From an uncultured Nitrososphaerota archaeon (GTDB lineage: Archaea; Thermoproteota; Methanomethylicia; Culexarchaeales; Culexmicrobiaceae), in the NCBI GenBank assembly GCA_964497155.1, contig CAZCCB010000001.1, forward strand, positions 32,766-96,765: DNA of 64,000 nucleotides. Reading direction: 5' to 3'. The notes beneath the pieces were generated by a model. The model was given only the letters and a program-made list of their open reading frames with translations, was not told the DNA's origin and ran no database searches. This document shows, in pieces, positions 47,174-57,520 of this stretch. The position numbers and the translations under genes were made by a program. Every line of letters begins with the position of its first letter. Positions within the stretch are counted from its first letter, which is position 1.

Positions 47174-48244
47174 ATGTCATTAGATGAAGTAGATTACAAA
47201 ATACTTACTGCCCTAAGTAAAAATCCCCTAGGGAGAATTAATGAATTAAGTAAGCAGGCTGAAGTTAGCGATAAAACTTTTAGACAGAGATTTTCAAAGT
47301 TAATTGAAAATAAAATTTTTCTTGGAGTTTCAGCTCAAATATGCTATCCAACATTGAGTTTAGATCCAATATTAATTTTCGCTAATGCTAAATTTAGGAA
47401 TATAGGTATTCTTGAGGATATGTGCGATTTACATCCATATACTAGATATAGAATTAGATGTTTAGGTGCTGTTAATGGTTTAATAATGTTCTTTGCAGTT
47501 CCAACTGGTTCATACTCCTTATTATTCGAGCTCTTAGATGAACTATGTGATAGAGGTTTAATAATTAATTATACTTATAGCATACCCATTGGTAAATGGA
47601 TATGTGTGGAGCATGATTTCTCATATTATGATGTTGAAAATGATAGTTGGAGTTTTAATTGGGCTGATTGGGAAGATTACTTGAGTTCAATGAACCCCCC
47701 GCCTAAAATAGAAGAGTGCCCTCCATCAATTCTCCATAAAATGGATGATAGGGATATGCTAATCTTAAGATACTTAACTATCAACGCAAGGGTTAAGCTT
47801 AAATATTTATCTAGGAAATGTAATGTTCCAATTTATCATTTAAGTAGGAGAATTAAATTTTATAGGAGAAGTGGAGTTATAGATTCTTTTAGAGTAATAA
47901 TTTCTAGTAAAGCTTCAAGACTATTTGATTTATTTCATTTTAAATGTAAATGTTCAGTTAAAGTTACAGCTAAATTTGCTAAGGCAATATTAAAAATACC
48001 TTTTCAAGCAACATTAATACCATTAACTGATGGATTCATGCTTCAAATATTTCTCCCACCATCAAATATCTCTTCAATTGGAGAAATACTTCAAAAATAT
48101 TGTGATGATGTCCAATTTATTTGGGGTGATTATAAATCTAGTAAGAGATATTGGTTTTATCATGAACCATTCGTTAATGGTAAATGGCTTTCATCTAGAG
48201 AGTATATGGTTGACAATGTGCTTAAAGAATTATTTATGGAATAA
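47174..48244 (+). CDS. transcriptional regulator with two tandem Lrp/AsnC-type wHTH domains
   Basis: First HTH is DYKILTALSKNPLGRINELSKQAEVSDKTFRQRFSKL. The second is DRDMLILRYLTINARVKLKYLSRKCNVPIYHLSRRIKFYRRSGVI. Confidence 0.5.
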   Translation: MSLDEVDYKILTALSKNPLGRINELSKQAEVSDKTFRQRFSKLIENKIFLGVSAQICYPTLSLDPILIFANAKFRNIGILEDMCDLHPYTRYRIRCLGAVNGLIMFFAVPTGSYSLLFELLDELCDRGLIINYTYSIPIGKWICVEHDFSYYDVENDSWSFNWADWEDYLSSMNPPPKIEECPPSILHKMDDRDMLILRYLTINARVKLKYLSRKCNVPIYHLSRRIKFYRRSGVIDSFRVIISSKASRLFDLFHFKCKCSVKVTAKFAKAILKIPFQATLIPLTDGFMLQIFLPPSNISSIGEILQKYCDDVQFIWGDYKSSKRYWFYHEPFVNGKWLSSREYMVDNVLKELFME

Positions 48245-48333
48245 TTTGAATTAACATAGAATTAACTAAATAAGTTTTATCGAGTGAATAATATTAAATA
48301 TTTCAAGTCTACTTAATCTGTTCAGGTGATTTA

Positions 48334-49506
48334 ATGGATAGCGTCTTCCTTAAATGCAGTTTTTGCGGAGAAATTTATTCTTATCCACATATAATTAATA
48401 CTTGCCCAAAATGCGGTGGAGCATTATTATTTCAATATAATCTAGATGAGATTAAGCAAATCTTAATTAGGGAAATGCTTGAAGATAGAATTAATAGTTA
48501 TTGGAAATATCTTGAATTACTACCAATTACCTCTCTAAATAATGCAGTTTCATTAGGAGAAGTATTTACTCCAGTAATCGAGCTCCCTGAAAAAATAACC
48601 TTCAACTTCAAACATATATATGCCAAAAATGATGGTTTTCTTCCAACATTAACATTTAAGGCTAGAGGTATGAGTATAGCTGTTTCATGTCTAAAAGAAC
48701 TTAAAGTAAAGAAGGTAGTTATTCCAAGTGCAGGTAATGCAGCAGCTGCTCTAGCTGCATATGGTGCTAAAGCTAATATGGAAGTTCACGTATATATGCC
48801 CAGTAATGCTCCAAGTAGCACTATTAAAGAATGCATGTTTATGGGTGCAAATGTACACTTAATTGATGGAAATATTAATGATGCAGCTAAAAAGGTTAGT
48901 GAAGTTAAGGATAAATATGGCTGGTTTGATTTATCAACTAATAAGCAACCATATAGATTTGAAGGATATAAAGCAATGGCATTTGAATTGGCTGAACAAT
49001 TTAATTGGAAGCCACCGGAAGCAATAATTTTCCCCACAGGTGGTGGTGAGGGAGTAATTGGATTATGGAAGGGATTTAAAGAATTAAGTGAACTTGGATG
49101 GCTTGAATCTGAAATTCCAAGACTAATAATTGTTCAATCAAATGGATGTGCACCATTAGTAAAAGCTTTCAAGGAGAATAAAGATGAAGTTGAGGAGACA
49201 TGGATAAATCCAGAAACAATAGCAGCTGGACTTAAAGTTCCAAAACCATATGCAAGCTACCTAATTTTAAGGGCTGTTAGGGAGACAAATGGATATGCAG
49301 TTTCAGTTAGTGATCATGAAATATTAAATTCAATGAAGCAATTAGCGAGAAATGGCCTATTTATATGTCCAGAGGCAGCTGCAACTCATGCAGCATTACC
49401 ACATCTATATGAGCAAGGTGTTCTAGACCATGAAGATAGAGTACTACTATATTTTACTGGTAATGGCTTAAAGTATTTGGACATAATAGATAAATATTTT
49501 CATTAA
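48334..49506 (+). CDS. thrC: threonine synthase
   Basis: N-terminal zinc ribbon (CSFCGEIY...CPKCGGALLFQY). PLP-lysine motif TFKARG. Layout of the tryptophan-synthase-beta-like fold. Confidence 0.7.
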   Translation: MDSVFLKCSFCGEIYSYPHIINTCPKCGGALLFQYNLDEIKQILIREMLEDRINSYWKYLELLPITSLNNAVSLGEVFTPVIELPEKITFNFKHIYAKNDGFLPTLTFKARGMSIAVSCLKELKVKKVVIPSAGNAAAALAAYGAKANMEVHVYMPSNAPSSTIKECMFMGANVHLIDGNINDAAKKVSEVKDKYGWFDLSTNKQPYRFEGYKAMAFELAEQFNWKPPEAIIFPTGGGEGVIGLWKGFKELSELGWLESEIPRLIIVQSNGCAPLVKAFKENKDEVEETWINPETIAAGLKVPKPYASYLILRAVRETNGYAVSVSDHEILNSMKQLARNGLFICPEAAATHAALPHLYEQGVLDHEDRVLLYFTGNGLKYLDIIDKYFH

Positions 49507-49508
49507 TC

Positions 49509-50087
49509 TTACTTACTCATGAGGAAGTATATTAATCCTTTAAATGATAATACAATACTAATAACAGCTATAACTAAACATAGTAAACTCATTATATTAA
49601 AGTAGCTTGGTTTTAAATAATACTTAACTTCAATATCTAAATCGATAATTTGATTATTAGTGGAATTTAATGCTAAAACAATTTTCGATAAAAATGATGA
49701 TAACCTAATTGTTCCAGTGCTAATGTTATTGGTAAAATTTAATCGTTTCAATTTAAAACTAATATTCTCTTCACTGAAAAATATTAAGAAAACATTTAAT
49801 CTTGAATTATTTCTTAATCTTACTTTATAATCTAGCTTGATGACATAGCCATTAGGTATATTGGTAATGTTATGATATTTTAACTTCTCATTTACTATTA
49901 AATTATTAAATTCATATTTCTCAGTAATATCGTAACTATAAATTATTAAGGTAATGGATAAAATTAGTGAGATAAAAAGTAGGGTTATACCAATCTTAAG
50001 ATAGGTTCTTGATGCTCTCTTAATTTGATACTTTAAATTGTTTTCTATATAATCTACTTTATTTAATGTACATCCAACAAGATACAT
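49509..50087 (-). CDS. hypothetical membrane-anchored extracellular protein
   Basis: N-terminal TM segment, several N-x-S/T sequons and a C-terminal TM segment. Confidence 0.35.
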   Translation of the reverse strand: MYLVGCTLNKVDYIENNLKYQIKRASRTYLKIGITLLFISLILSITLIIYSYDITEKYEFNNLIVNEKLKYHNITNIPNGYVIKLDYKVRLRNNSRLNVFLIFFSEENISFKLKRLNFTNNISTGTIRLSSFLSKIVLALNSTNNQIIDLDIEVKYYLKPSYFNIMSLLCLVIAVISIVLSFKGLIYFLMSK

Positions 50088-51078
50088 AGTGATTATCCTC
50101 TACTTCAGTTAATGGTGGCTCTTTTGTTTTGCATAGTTTCTTTATTTTTTCTGGCGCATTATCGTACACTACACATCTATTAATAAATCTGCATCCACTC
50201 GGTATATTTATTGGGCTTGGAATTTCACCCTTAATTGGTACTTCTCTCATCTTTAATCTATTACTTGGATCTGGCTCTGGTACTGCTGCTATTAAAGCTT
50301 TAGTATATGGATGTATTGGATTATCAGCTATTTCATCTGCACTACTTAATTCAACTATTTTTCCAAGATACATTACGGCTATTCTATCGCAGAAGTATCT
50401 TGCAGTGCTTAAGTCATGTGTAATGTATAGATATGTTAGGTTTCTCTTCAATTGTAAATCTCTTAATAGTTGGAGTATTTCAGCTCTAATTGATAAGTCT
50501 AACATTGATACTGGTTCGTCTGCAACTATAAATTCTGGATTTAATGCTAATGCACGTGCAATACATACTCTTTGTCTCTGTCCACCGCTAAGTTGATGTG
50601 GGAATCTCCATAGAAATTCCTCTATTGGTGTTAATTTTACTTCTTCAAGTAATTTACTTACAATTTCAATTTTCTCTTCAAATGATCCAATTTTATGGAT
50701 AGTTAATGGTTCAGATATTACTTCGAATACTGTGAATCTTGGATTCATTGCTGCATATGGGTCTTGGGATATCATGCTTGTCTTCCTTCTAAATTCGATT
50801 AATTGCTTTTCCGGTGTCATAGTGATATCCTTATTTTCAAAAATTATTCTTCCATCAGTTGGTTTTAATAATCTTAATAATAGTCTTCCAGTTGTAGTTT
50901 TTCCACATCCAGATTCACCTACTAAGCAGAATGTTTCTCCCCTAAAAATATTAAACGATATTCCATCTACAGCTCTTACATAGAGCTTTTCTTTTTTAAA
51001 TATTGATAGTAAACCTGTTTTTATTGGAAACCATTTCTTCAAGTTTTCAGCTTTAACTATTACTTCACGATTAGTCAT
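50059..51078 (-). CDS. oligopeptide/dipeptide ABC transporter ATP-binding protein (OppF/DppF type)
   Basis: Walker A GESGCGKTTTGRLL, signature LSGGQRQRVCIARAL, Walker B IVADEP and the C-terminal oligopeptide-transporter extension. Confidence 0.85.
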   Translation of the reverse strand: MTNREVIVKAENLKKWFPIKTGLLSIFKKEKLYVRAVDGISFNIFRGETFCLVGESGCGKTTTGRLLLRLLKPTDGRIIFENKDITMTPEKQLIEFRRKTSMISQDPYAAMNPRFTVFEVISEPLTIHKIGSFEEKIEIVSKLLEEVKLTPIEEFLWRFPHQLSGGQRQRVCIARALALNPEFIVADEPVSMLDLSIRAEILQLLRDLQLKRNLTYLYITHDLSTARYFCDRIAVMYLGKIVELSSADEIADNPIHPYTKALIAAVPEPDPSNRLKMREVPIKGEIPSPINIPSGCRFINRCVVYDNAPEKIKKLCKTKEPPLTEVEDNHYVSCWMYIK

Positions 51079-51082
51079 TTAA

Positions 51083-52069
51083 TCACCTCTTAGCATAAAT
51101 CCAGCATGCAACCTTATGCTCGGGTTCAACTTCTATTAATGGTGGTTCTTCAATATCACATAATCCCTTAAAGTTACTTTTCTCTTTGAATATCGGGCAT
51201 CTTGGATGAAATCTACATCCTGGTGGTGGACTTATTAAATTTGGTGGGGCTCCTGGAATGAATTCGAGCTTATCTACTTTTACATGTAGCCTTGGCACTG
51301 CTCTTAATAGTTTTTGCGTATATGGATGTTTTGGTGTTAAATAAATTTGTTCTGATGTTCCATATTCAACTATTTTCCCAGCATACATTATTGCCACTTT
51401 ATCAACTACTTCTGATAGTACGCTTAAATCATGCGTTATTAGTATTAGACCCATTCCCTCTCTCTGTGTAAGATTTTTCAGTAAATTAATTATTTGTGCT
51501 TGTACTACTACATCTAATGCTGTTGTTGGTTCATCTGCAATTACTAGTTTCGGCTTTAATATTAATGCCATTGCTATTACTGCTCTCTGCTTCATTCCTC
51601 CACTTAATTCATGTGGATATCTATCAACTATATGTTCTGGTAATCCAACTAATTTTAATGCTTCAACCACGTATTTTCTAGCTTCTTTATAGGTCATGTT
51701 TTTATGATATACTAATGGTTCTGATAATTGTCTCCCAACCGTTAATACTGGATTTAATGAATTCATTGCTCCTTGAAATACCATTGAAACTTTAATCCAT
51801 CTATAATGTCTCCTCAACCATGATTCCGGCTTATTCGCTACATTCTCTCCTTCAAATAATATTTCTCCTCCAACTATTTTTCCTGGTCTCGGTATACATG
51901 TTAATATTGAGTAGCCGAGAGTACTTTTTCCACATCCAGATTCTCCAGCAAGTCCAAGTGATTCTCCCTGACTAAGCCTTATCGATACATTATCAACTGC
52001 CTTTACTATTCTTCTTTCATCTAATATGAAGTATGTTTTTAATTCTCTTACTTCAAGTAATTCTTTCAT
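51083..52069 (-). CDS. oligopeptide/dipeptide ABC transporter ATP-binding protein (OppD/DppD type)
   Basis: GESGCGKSTLG, LSGGMKQRAVIAMAL, LVIADEPTTALD and the C-terminal extension. Confidence 0.85.
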   Translation of the reverse strand: MKELLEVRELKTYFILDERRIVKAVDNVSIRLSQGESLGLAGESGCGKSTLGYSILTCIPRPGKIVGGEILFEGENVANKPESWLRRHYRWIKVSMVFQGAMNSLNPVLTVGRQLSEPLVYHKNMTYKEARKYVVEALKLVGLPEHIVDRYPHELSGGMKQRAVIAMALILKPKLVIADEPTTALDVVVQAQIINLLKNLTQREGMGLILITHDLSVLSEVVDKVAIMYAGKIVEYGTSEQIYLTPKHPYTQKLLRAVPRLHVKVDKLEFIPGAPPNLISPPPGCRFHPRCPIFKEKSNFKGLCDIEEPPLIEVEPEHKVACWIYAKR

Positions 52070-52078
52070 TCTCTCACC

Positions 52079-53515
52079 TCAGTATTTAAGTTTTGGATTT
52101 AGTATTTTATCGACTGCAACTCCTATCATTGCGAACGAGAGTCCAACTAGGGCTATTAGTATTCCTGGAGGAATTACCCACCACCAATATCCACAGAGTG
52201 CTGCTCCATGGATTGATGCATCGTGAAGTATTTGGCCCCATGTTGGTAGTGTTGGATCTCCAAGTCCAAGATAACTTAATCCAGCTTCCGTTAATATGTA
52301 GCCAGGTACTCCTATTACCATTAAGTAGAATGAGTATGGTAGTACTTGCGGTAGTATGTGTCTTAGTATTATCCATCTCGTTGATGCTCCAGCTACTCTA
52401 GCCATTTCAATGTATGGTGCTTCTCTAATTTGAAATACCATTGCTCTAATTGTTTTTATTCCTCCAGTCCATGTTAATGCAACTAATATTCCTATAATTA
52501 TTATTAGTTTTGGACCGAAAATCATTGCACATAATATCAATACTGGTAGTACTGGTATGCTTGAAACTATATCAACTATTCTCTGCATTACTTCATCTAC
52601 ATATCCACCATAATATGCACTTATAACTGCATATATTACTCCCACAATTGTTGTTAGAAATGAGGTGACAATTCCTATTAATAGTGCTATTGGAAATCCC
52701 CAAAGCAGCCCGAGGAATAAGTCTCTCCTATAACTATCTGTTCCCATTAATCCATATGCATTTGCATATAATGTTAATTTTACTTTACTTATTTTAACTT
52801 CACCTTCAAATGTTGATGTCCTAATTATTAGGACATATGATCCTTTAAGAGGCTTAGCTTTCGCTGGTGTCCACATATCCTGCGATTCCTCTCCAAATAA
52901 TATGCATAAGTTGTTTACAATATCTGGACTTACGTTTAATTTGAAGTGATTTACGAGGATATGCGATATTTCTGATTCTCTCCTAATGAATAAGCTTATT
53001 ATTGTTCTATTTGCTCTTTCAGTTATGCTTTCAGTTTTATCGTATATTGTTATTTTATGTTTATCTGGTCTATGGATTATTATTGTTATTCTAATTATAT
53101 TAGTTCCTTTAGGTATTATTTCTACATTTAATTTTGCATCAGTTGGAAACGTATTTGCATCATAATGGAAGGCAATGATTGCTTCTTTTTTCCCCTCTGG
53201 AAATGTTTTGGTTACTACTGTATGTGGAAATATTGGTTGACCAGTTAATTTTAACCACCATTCTGGTGGAACGAGTTCTGGATAATCGCTCCATTCTCCT
53301 GGGCTTCGCCATTTTTTTGGGAATTCTGCTGGTATTATTGTATTAGTAACTACTAGTATTGATATTATTATGAAGATTATTAGCATTATTAGTCCGCACA
53401 TTCCCAACTTACTGTGTTTAAAGTCATCCCAAAACATTCTTAATTTAATCCATCTAGTTTTCCTGTATAATTTCATGTATCTCTCAAATTTATTACTCAT
53501 ATCTTCACCTCGCAA
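52079..53515 (-). CDS. oligopeptide/dipeptide ABC transporter permease (OppC/DppC type) with large N-terminal extracytoplasmic domain
   Basis: Binding-protein-dependent transport inner membrane component pattern in the C-terminal half. A domain of about 200 aa follows the first TM helix, as in archaeal DppC. Confidence 0.8.
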   Translation of the reverse strand: MRGEDMSNKFERYMKLYRKTRWIKLRMFWDDFKHSKLGMCGLIMLIIFIIISILVVTNTIIPAEFPKKWRSPGEWSDYPELVPPEWWLKLTGQPIFPHTVVTKTFPEGKKEAIIAFHYDANTFPTDAKLNVEIIPKGTNIIRITIIIHRPDKHKITIYDKTESITERANRTIISLFIRRESEISHILVNHFKLNVSPDIVNNLCILFGEESQDMWTPAKAKPLKGSYVLIIRTSTFEGEVKISKVKLTLYANAYGLMGTDSYRRDLFLGLLWGFPIALLIGIVTSFLTTIVGVIYAVISAYYGGYVDEVMQRIVDIVSSIPVLPVLILCAMIFGPKLIIIIGILVALTWTGGIKTIRAMVFQIREAPYIEMARVAGASTRWIILRHILPQVLPYSFYLMVIGVPGYILTEAGLSYLGLGDPTLPTWGQILHDASIHGAALCGYWWWVIPPGILIALVGLSFAMIGVAVDKILNPKLKY

Positions 53516-54611
53516 CTCCAGCTGTAATTCTAACTCTTGGATCTAAAATTCCATATAGAATATCTAGTACTGCTAATGTAATTAAGTAGACTAGTAGTGA
53601 TAGGTAAACTAGTCCTAAAACTACTGGAGTATCATTTCCAGCTATTGCCTCCCAGAAGAGCAATCCCATTCCAGGCCACATGAATACTGTTTCAGTTATT
53701 ATTGCTCCACCAAATATGCTTCCAGTTATACTTAACAATACTATCGTAATTATTGGTGGTGCAGCTGCTCTTAAAACATGCTTATAAATTACATCTCTTT
53801 CAGGTAATCCTTTAGCCCTAGCTACAAATACGAAGTCTTCAGTCATTGTTGTTAATACAATATTCCTCATTAAGTATACTTCTGCTCCTAAACTTACTAA
53901 AATAACTGTTAATAATGGTAATGACATGTAGTAGAAGACATTAGTTAAATATTGTAATATTTCTATTGGATTTGTTAATGGAGGAAATCTCGCAACTACA
54001 GCTTTAATTTCAACTGGTGGTGGAAATAAATGTAAATAGTAGACAAAGAGTAGCACAAATATCATTGCAAGCCACCACATTGGAAGGCTATTTCCAATTA
54101 ATGCGTAAATTATGAACGATACATCCATTATTGATCCAGGTTTCCTAGCACATGCTAATCCAATTATTAATCCTAATACTACTAGAATAATAGTTGAAGT
54201 TGTGAATAATAATACTGAGAATGGTATTCTCTCAAAAATTATGTCTGCAATATTTCTTGTCCCCATAAATGATCTAATCATATGTGATCTTCCCAGTCTG
54301 AAAATTAGCATGTCAAATACTCTTTTAGGAAGCCTTTCATACCATGGTTTATCTAGTCCTTCACGTTTCATAATTATTCTTAACTGATCATTAATCCATT
54401 CTTCTGGAGTAATACCCTTAGCTCTTAATTTTTGAATTAGTTTTGGATCGCTTCTAAGCCTTGCATTTAATGTTTCCCTCCACATATTTATTAATGCTTG
54501 ATCTGCTATTGGAGCCATAGCTGCATATGTTAATGACAATACTATTAGTAATACTAAAATGTAATTAACTATTCTAGTTGCAACATACTTTTTTATGCCG
54601 CTCAAATTCAC
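53505..54611 (-). CDS. oligopeptide/dipeptide ABC transporter permease (OppB/DppB type)
   Basis: Six-TM permease with a conserved EAA-like loop region. Overlaps the downstream permease gene. Confidence 0.8.
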   Translation of the reverse strand: MNLSGIKKYVATRIVNYILVLLIVLSLTYAAMAPIADQALINMWRETLNARLRSDPKLIQKLRAKGITPEEWINDQLRIIMKREGLDKPWYERLPKRVFDMLIFRLGRSHMIRSFMGTRNIADIIFERIPFSVLLFTTSTIILVVLGLIIGLACARKPGSIMDVSFIIYALIGNSLPMWWLAMIFVLLFVYYLHLFPPPVEIKAVVARFPPLTNPIEILQYLTNVFYYMSLPLLTVILVSLGAEVYLMRNIVLTTMTEDFVFVARAKGLPERDVIYKHVLRAAAPPIITIVLLSITGSIFGGAIITETVFMWPGMGLLFWEAIAGNDTPVVLGLVYLSLLVYLITLAVLDILYGILDPRVRITAGVAR

Positions 54612-54788
54612 ACCTTACCCTTCAACCATAATTTAATTTAGATAATTACTCCCTTCTTAAAGGAATAGTAAGTGGAATATAAAATTATTGTAGTTTACTA
54701 AGTAGATTAACTTAAACTTTTGCTCTAATCTTTAATAATATTTATAAGTATTAAATACATATGCTCTTAATAGCGAGGTATTGATATT

Positions 54789-57506
54789 ATGTTTAGGTGT
54801 AGAAAGTTCATATTAACAGTACTATTGCTATTCACATTAGCTCTCGCTATTACCTCAACAATTAACGTTACTGCCAAACCAGAGAAGAAAGGTCCAAGAG
54901 CAGAAAAATTAATTTTCGTGGAATATGGTACTAATTGGGAAGCAGCATTATTGGATGTTGCTGAAGGTAAAGCTGCAACTTTCGTTTGGGGTGCATCTAA
55001 GGAGGCATATGAGAAGTATAAGGATGATCCTAGAGTAAAATTCTTCCTAGCCCCATCAGGTATACACAGCTTCATACTAAATCCAACCTATAATGAATCT
55101 GATCCAACTAAGTTCAATCCATTTGCAATTAAAAAGATAAGATATGCAATGAATTTCCTATTTGATAGAGAATGGTATGTAAGCCAAGTTTTAGGTGGAC
55201 TTGGAAAACCAATGTATACTGCTTTAAGCGAATTCGATCCAGACTTCCTAGTAGTTCTCCCCTCAATATTAAAGCATAACATTAAGTTTGATGAGGATTA
55301 TGCATTAAAGCTAATTGAAGAGGGAATGAAAGAGGCTAATGAAACTGCACCATGGACTGGAAAAATAAAGAAAATTGAAGGAAAATGGTATTATAATGGT
55401 GAGCCAGTTAAAATTATAGGTGCAATTAGAAGTGATGATCCAAGAAGGAAAACTATGGGAGAATACTTTGCAAATCAACTTGAAAAAGCTGGATTTACGG
55501 TTGAGCGTAAATATGGTACATTTAGAGAATTAATACCAGTAATTTATCTTAGTGATCCTAGAAAGCTTGAATGGCACTTCTATACTGAGGGTTGGGGTGG
55601 AGGCTTCTCAAGATATAGTGATTGGGATCCAATATTCTTCTATACAACTGCCTATTGGCAATGGCAATTTGGTACACCATCAGGATTTAATGGAAGCCTA
55701 GTTAAAGTGAAGTATCTAGGTAAATTGATGACTCTAGATGATGTTGCAAAGATTTTAGGAGATGGTAAGTATAAGAATGTTGATGAAAGAAATGAAGCTA
55801 TGAGAGTAATATGCGATGTCGGTATATCATCGTCGGTAAGAATATTTGTAGCCAAATTGGCTGAAGCATACTTCGTAAATTCAAAGGTTTCTAAACCAGT
55901 AGTACATTTTGGTTATGGTACTGGAAATAGATGGTTCTTCCTAACAGCAAGCATGGAGGGAACAGATACACTTACAATTGCAATGGTTCACGTAACCGAA
56001 ACTGAACCATGGAATTGGGCTAATGATGACTGGTATACACATATAATTTGGCAGGCAACATATGAAGCTGGAATTTCAAGACATCCACATAATGGTAAAG
56101 TATTACCAGTATGTGCTTCATATAAAGTTGAAACTAAGGGACCAGAGGGAACCTATACTGTGCCCGATACAGCCCTATTATGGGATCCATATCAGAATAA
56201 ATGGGTTTCACCATCAGAATTATCAGATGACTTCCTAACTAACTTCTACGATTCAGACTTAAATGTAGCTAAGTCGATGGCTAAGAAGGCTAAAAGTAAG
56301 GTAACATTTACATATAAGTTCCCAACATTCCATGATGGAAGTAAAGAGAGCTTAGCAGACATATTCTACAGCCTATACTTTAATTGGCAATGGGCAGTTA
56401 GAGTTAATGATACGGACCCAACTTATGATGAATCTCAATCACCAAGTCTATTAAGCTTCATGAGCATGATTAGAGGAATTGAAGTAATTAATGACAATAC
56501 ATTGGTAGTCTACATTGATTATTGGCACTTTGATCCAGATGAAATAGCAGATATGGCGTCAATATTTACTGGAGAACCATGGCACTTATTATGGGCTCAA
56601 GAACAATTAGTAATTTCAGGTGCATATAGCTGGACAGCTGAGGAAATTGCTCCAAGAATAGATTTAAGAAATGCTGATCACGCAAACTCCATAAAGACAT
56701 TCTTAAGTGAAGCAGCTGAAACCGGAAAAGTTCCAAGATGCTTAAAGCTACTTGAAACAAAAGGAGTAGTTTCATTAGATGATGCAGTTAGTAGATATAA
56801 TAATGCAATTAGCTTCATAGATAAGTATGGACATGCAATTATAGGAAATGGACCATACTATGTAACTAAAGTAGATTTCGTAGCAATGAGAATGGAATTA
56901 GAGGCTTGGAGGGATCCAGGATATCCATGGGAAGTTGGTCATTGGGATGAACTTGCTGAATTAAAGAAGGCAGATATAGTTAAAGTGGATGTACCTGAAG
57001 CAGCAATGCTCGGCATTTCATTTGAATCAACAATCGATATTACTGGAACAACAAGCGATGAACTAGAAATTGTATCAGCACTAGTTGTTGATTCTGAGGG
57101 CAACATAATATACCCAACATCTGAATATGAAGTAGTGGATAAAGATACGATTAAAATACCAATGAAAATTGAAAAAACAGGACTATTCAGCTTAAGAGTT
57201 GCAGTAGCATCAACGGATGTAATAATACCATCCGTAAAGGAGGTGCCATTAAAAGTAGTTGAAGTTGAACCATATGTAAAGTCATTAGAAAAAGAGTTAA
57301 GTAGTGCTAAAGATGAAATTGTAAGTTTACAGGCAGATATTGCTAAACTTCAATCAGAAATGGAGAAAATTAAAGTTGAACGCTATGAAGCTGGTAAGAG
57401 TGAGGGCTACTCATCTGGAATGACTACTGGAGCAGTTATAGGATTAATAGTAGGACTAGTTATTGGAGCAGTAGTGGTTAAATTTGCATTAAAACCTAAG
57501 AGCTAA
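54789..57506 (+). CDS. family-5 extracellular solute-binding protein (OppA-like), membrane-anchored by C-terminal TM helix
   Basis: N-terminal signal peptide, SBP-family-5-like core and many sequons. C-terminal coiled coil (LQADIAKLQSEMEKIK), then a Ser/Thr/Gly-rich linker and a TM helix (GAVIGLIVGLVIGAVVV). Confidence 0.7.
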   Translation: MFRCRKFILTVLLLFTLALAITSTINVTAKPEKKGPRAEKLIFVEYGTNWEAALLDVAEGKAATFVWGASKEAYEKYKDDPRVKFFLAPSGIHSFILNPTYNESDPTKFNPFAIKKIRYAMNFLFDREWYVSQVLGGLGKPMYTALSEFDPDFLVVLPSILKHNIKFDEDYALKLIEEGMKEANETAPWTGKIKKIEGKWYYNGEPVKIIGAIRSDDPRRKTMGEYFANQLEKAGFTVERKYGTFRELIPVIYLSDPRKLEWHFYTEGWGGGFSRYSDWDPIFFYTTAYWQWQFGTPSGFNGSLVKVKYLGKLMTLDDVAKILGDGKYKNVDERNEAMRVICDVGISSSVRIFVAKLAEAYFVNSKVSKPVVHFGYGTGNRWFFLTASMEGTDTLTIAMVHVTETEPWNWANDDWYTHIIWQATYEAGISRHPHNGKVLPVCASYKVETKGPEGTYTVPDTALLWDPYQNKWVSPSELSDDFLTNFYDSDLNVAKSMAKKAKSKVTFTYKFPTFHDGSKESLADIFYSLYFNWQWAVRVNDTDPTYDESQSPSLLSFMSMIRGIEVINDNTLVVYIDYWHFDPDEIADMASIFTGEPWHLLWAQEQLVISGAYSWTAEEIAPRIDLRNADHANSIKTFLSEAAETGKVPRCLKLLETKGVVSLDDAVSRYNNAISFIDKYGHAIIGNGPYYVTKVDFVAMRMELEAWRDPGYPWEVGHWDELAELKKADIVKVDVPEAAMLGISFESTIDITGTTSDELEIVSALVVDSEGNIIYPTSEYEVVDKDTIKIPMKIEKTGLFSLRVAVASTDVIIPSVKEVPLKVVEVEPYVKSLEKELSSAKDEIVSLQADIAKLQSEMEKIKVERYEAGKSEGYSSGMTTGAVIGLIVGLVIGAVVVKFALKPKS

Positions 57507-57520
57507 CTTATCTTTTTTAT

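Noticed and set aside
52093-52401. ORFs on both strands (52026-52226 +, 52093-52401 +, 52107-52376 -) overlapping the OppC-like permease gene.
   Set aside because: They are embedded in a conserved ABC permease reading frame with no independent support.
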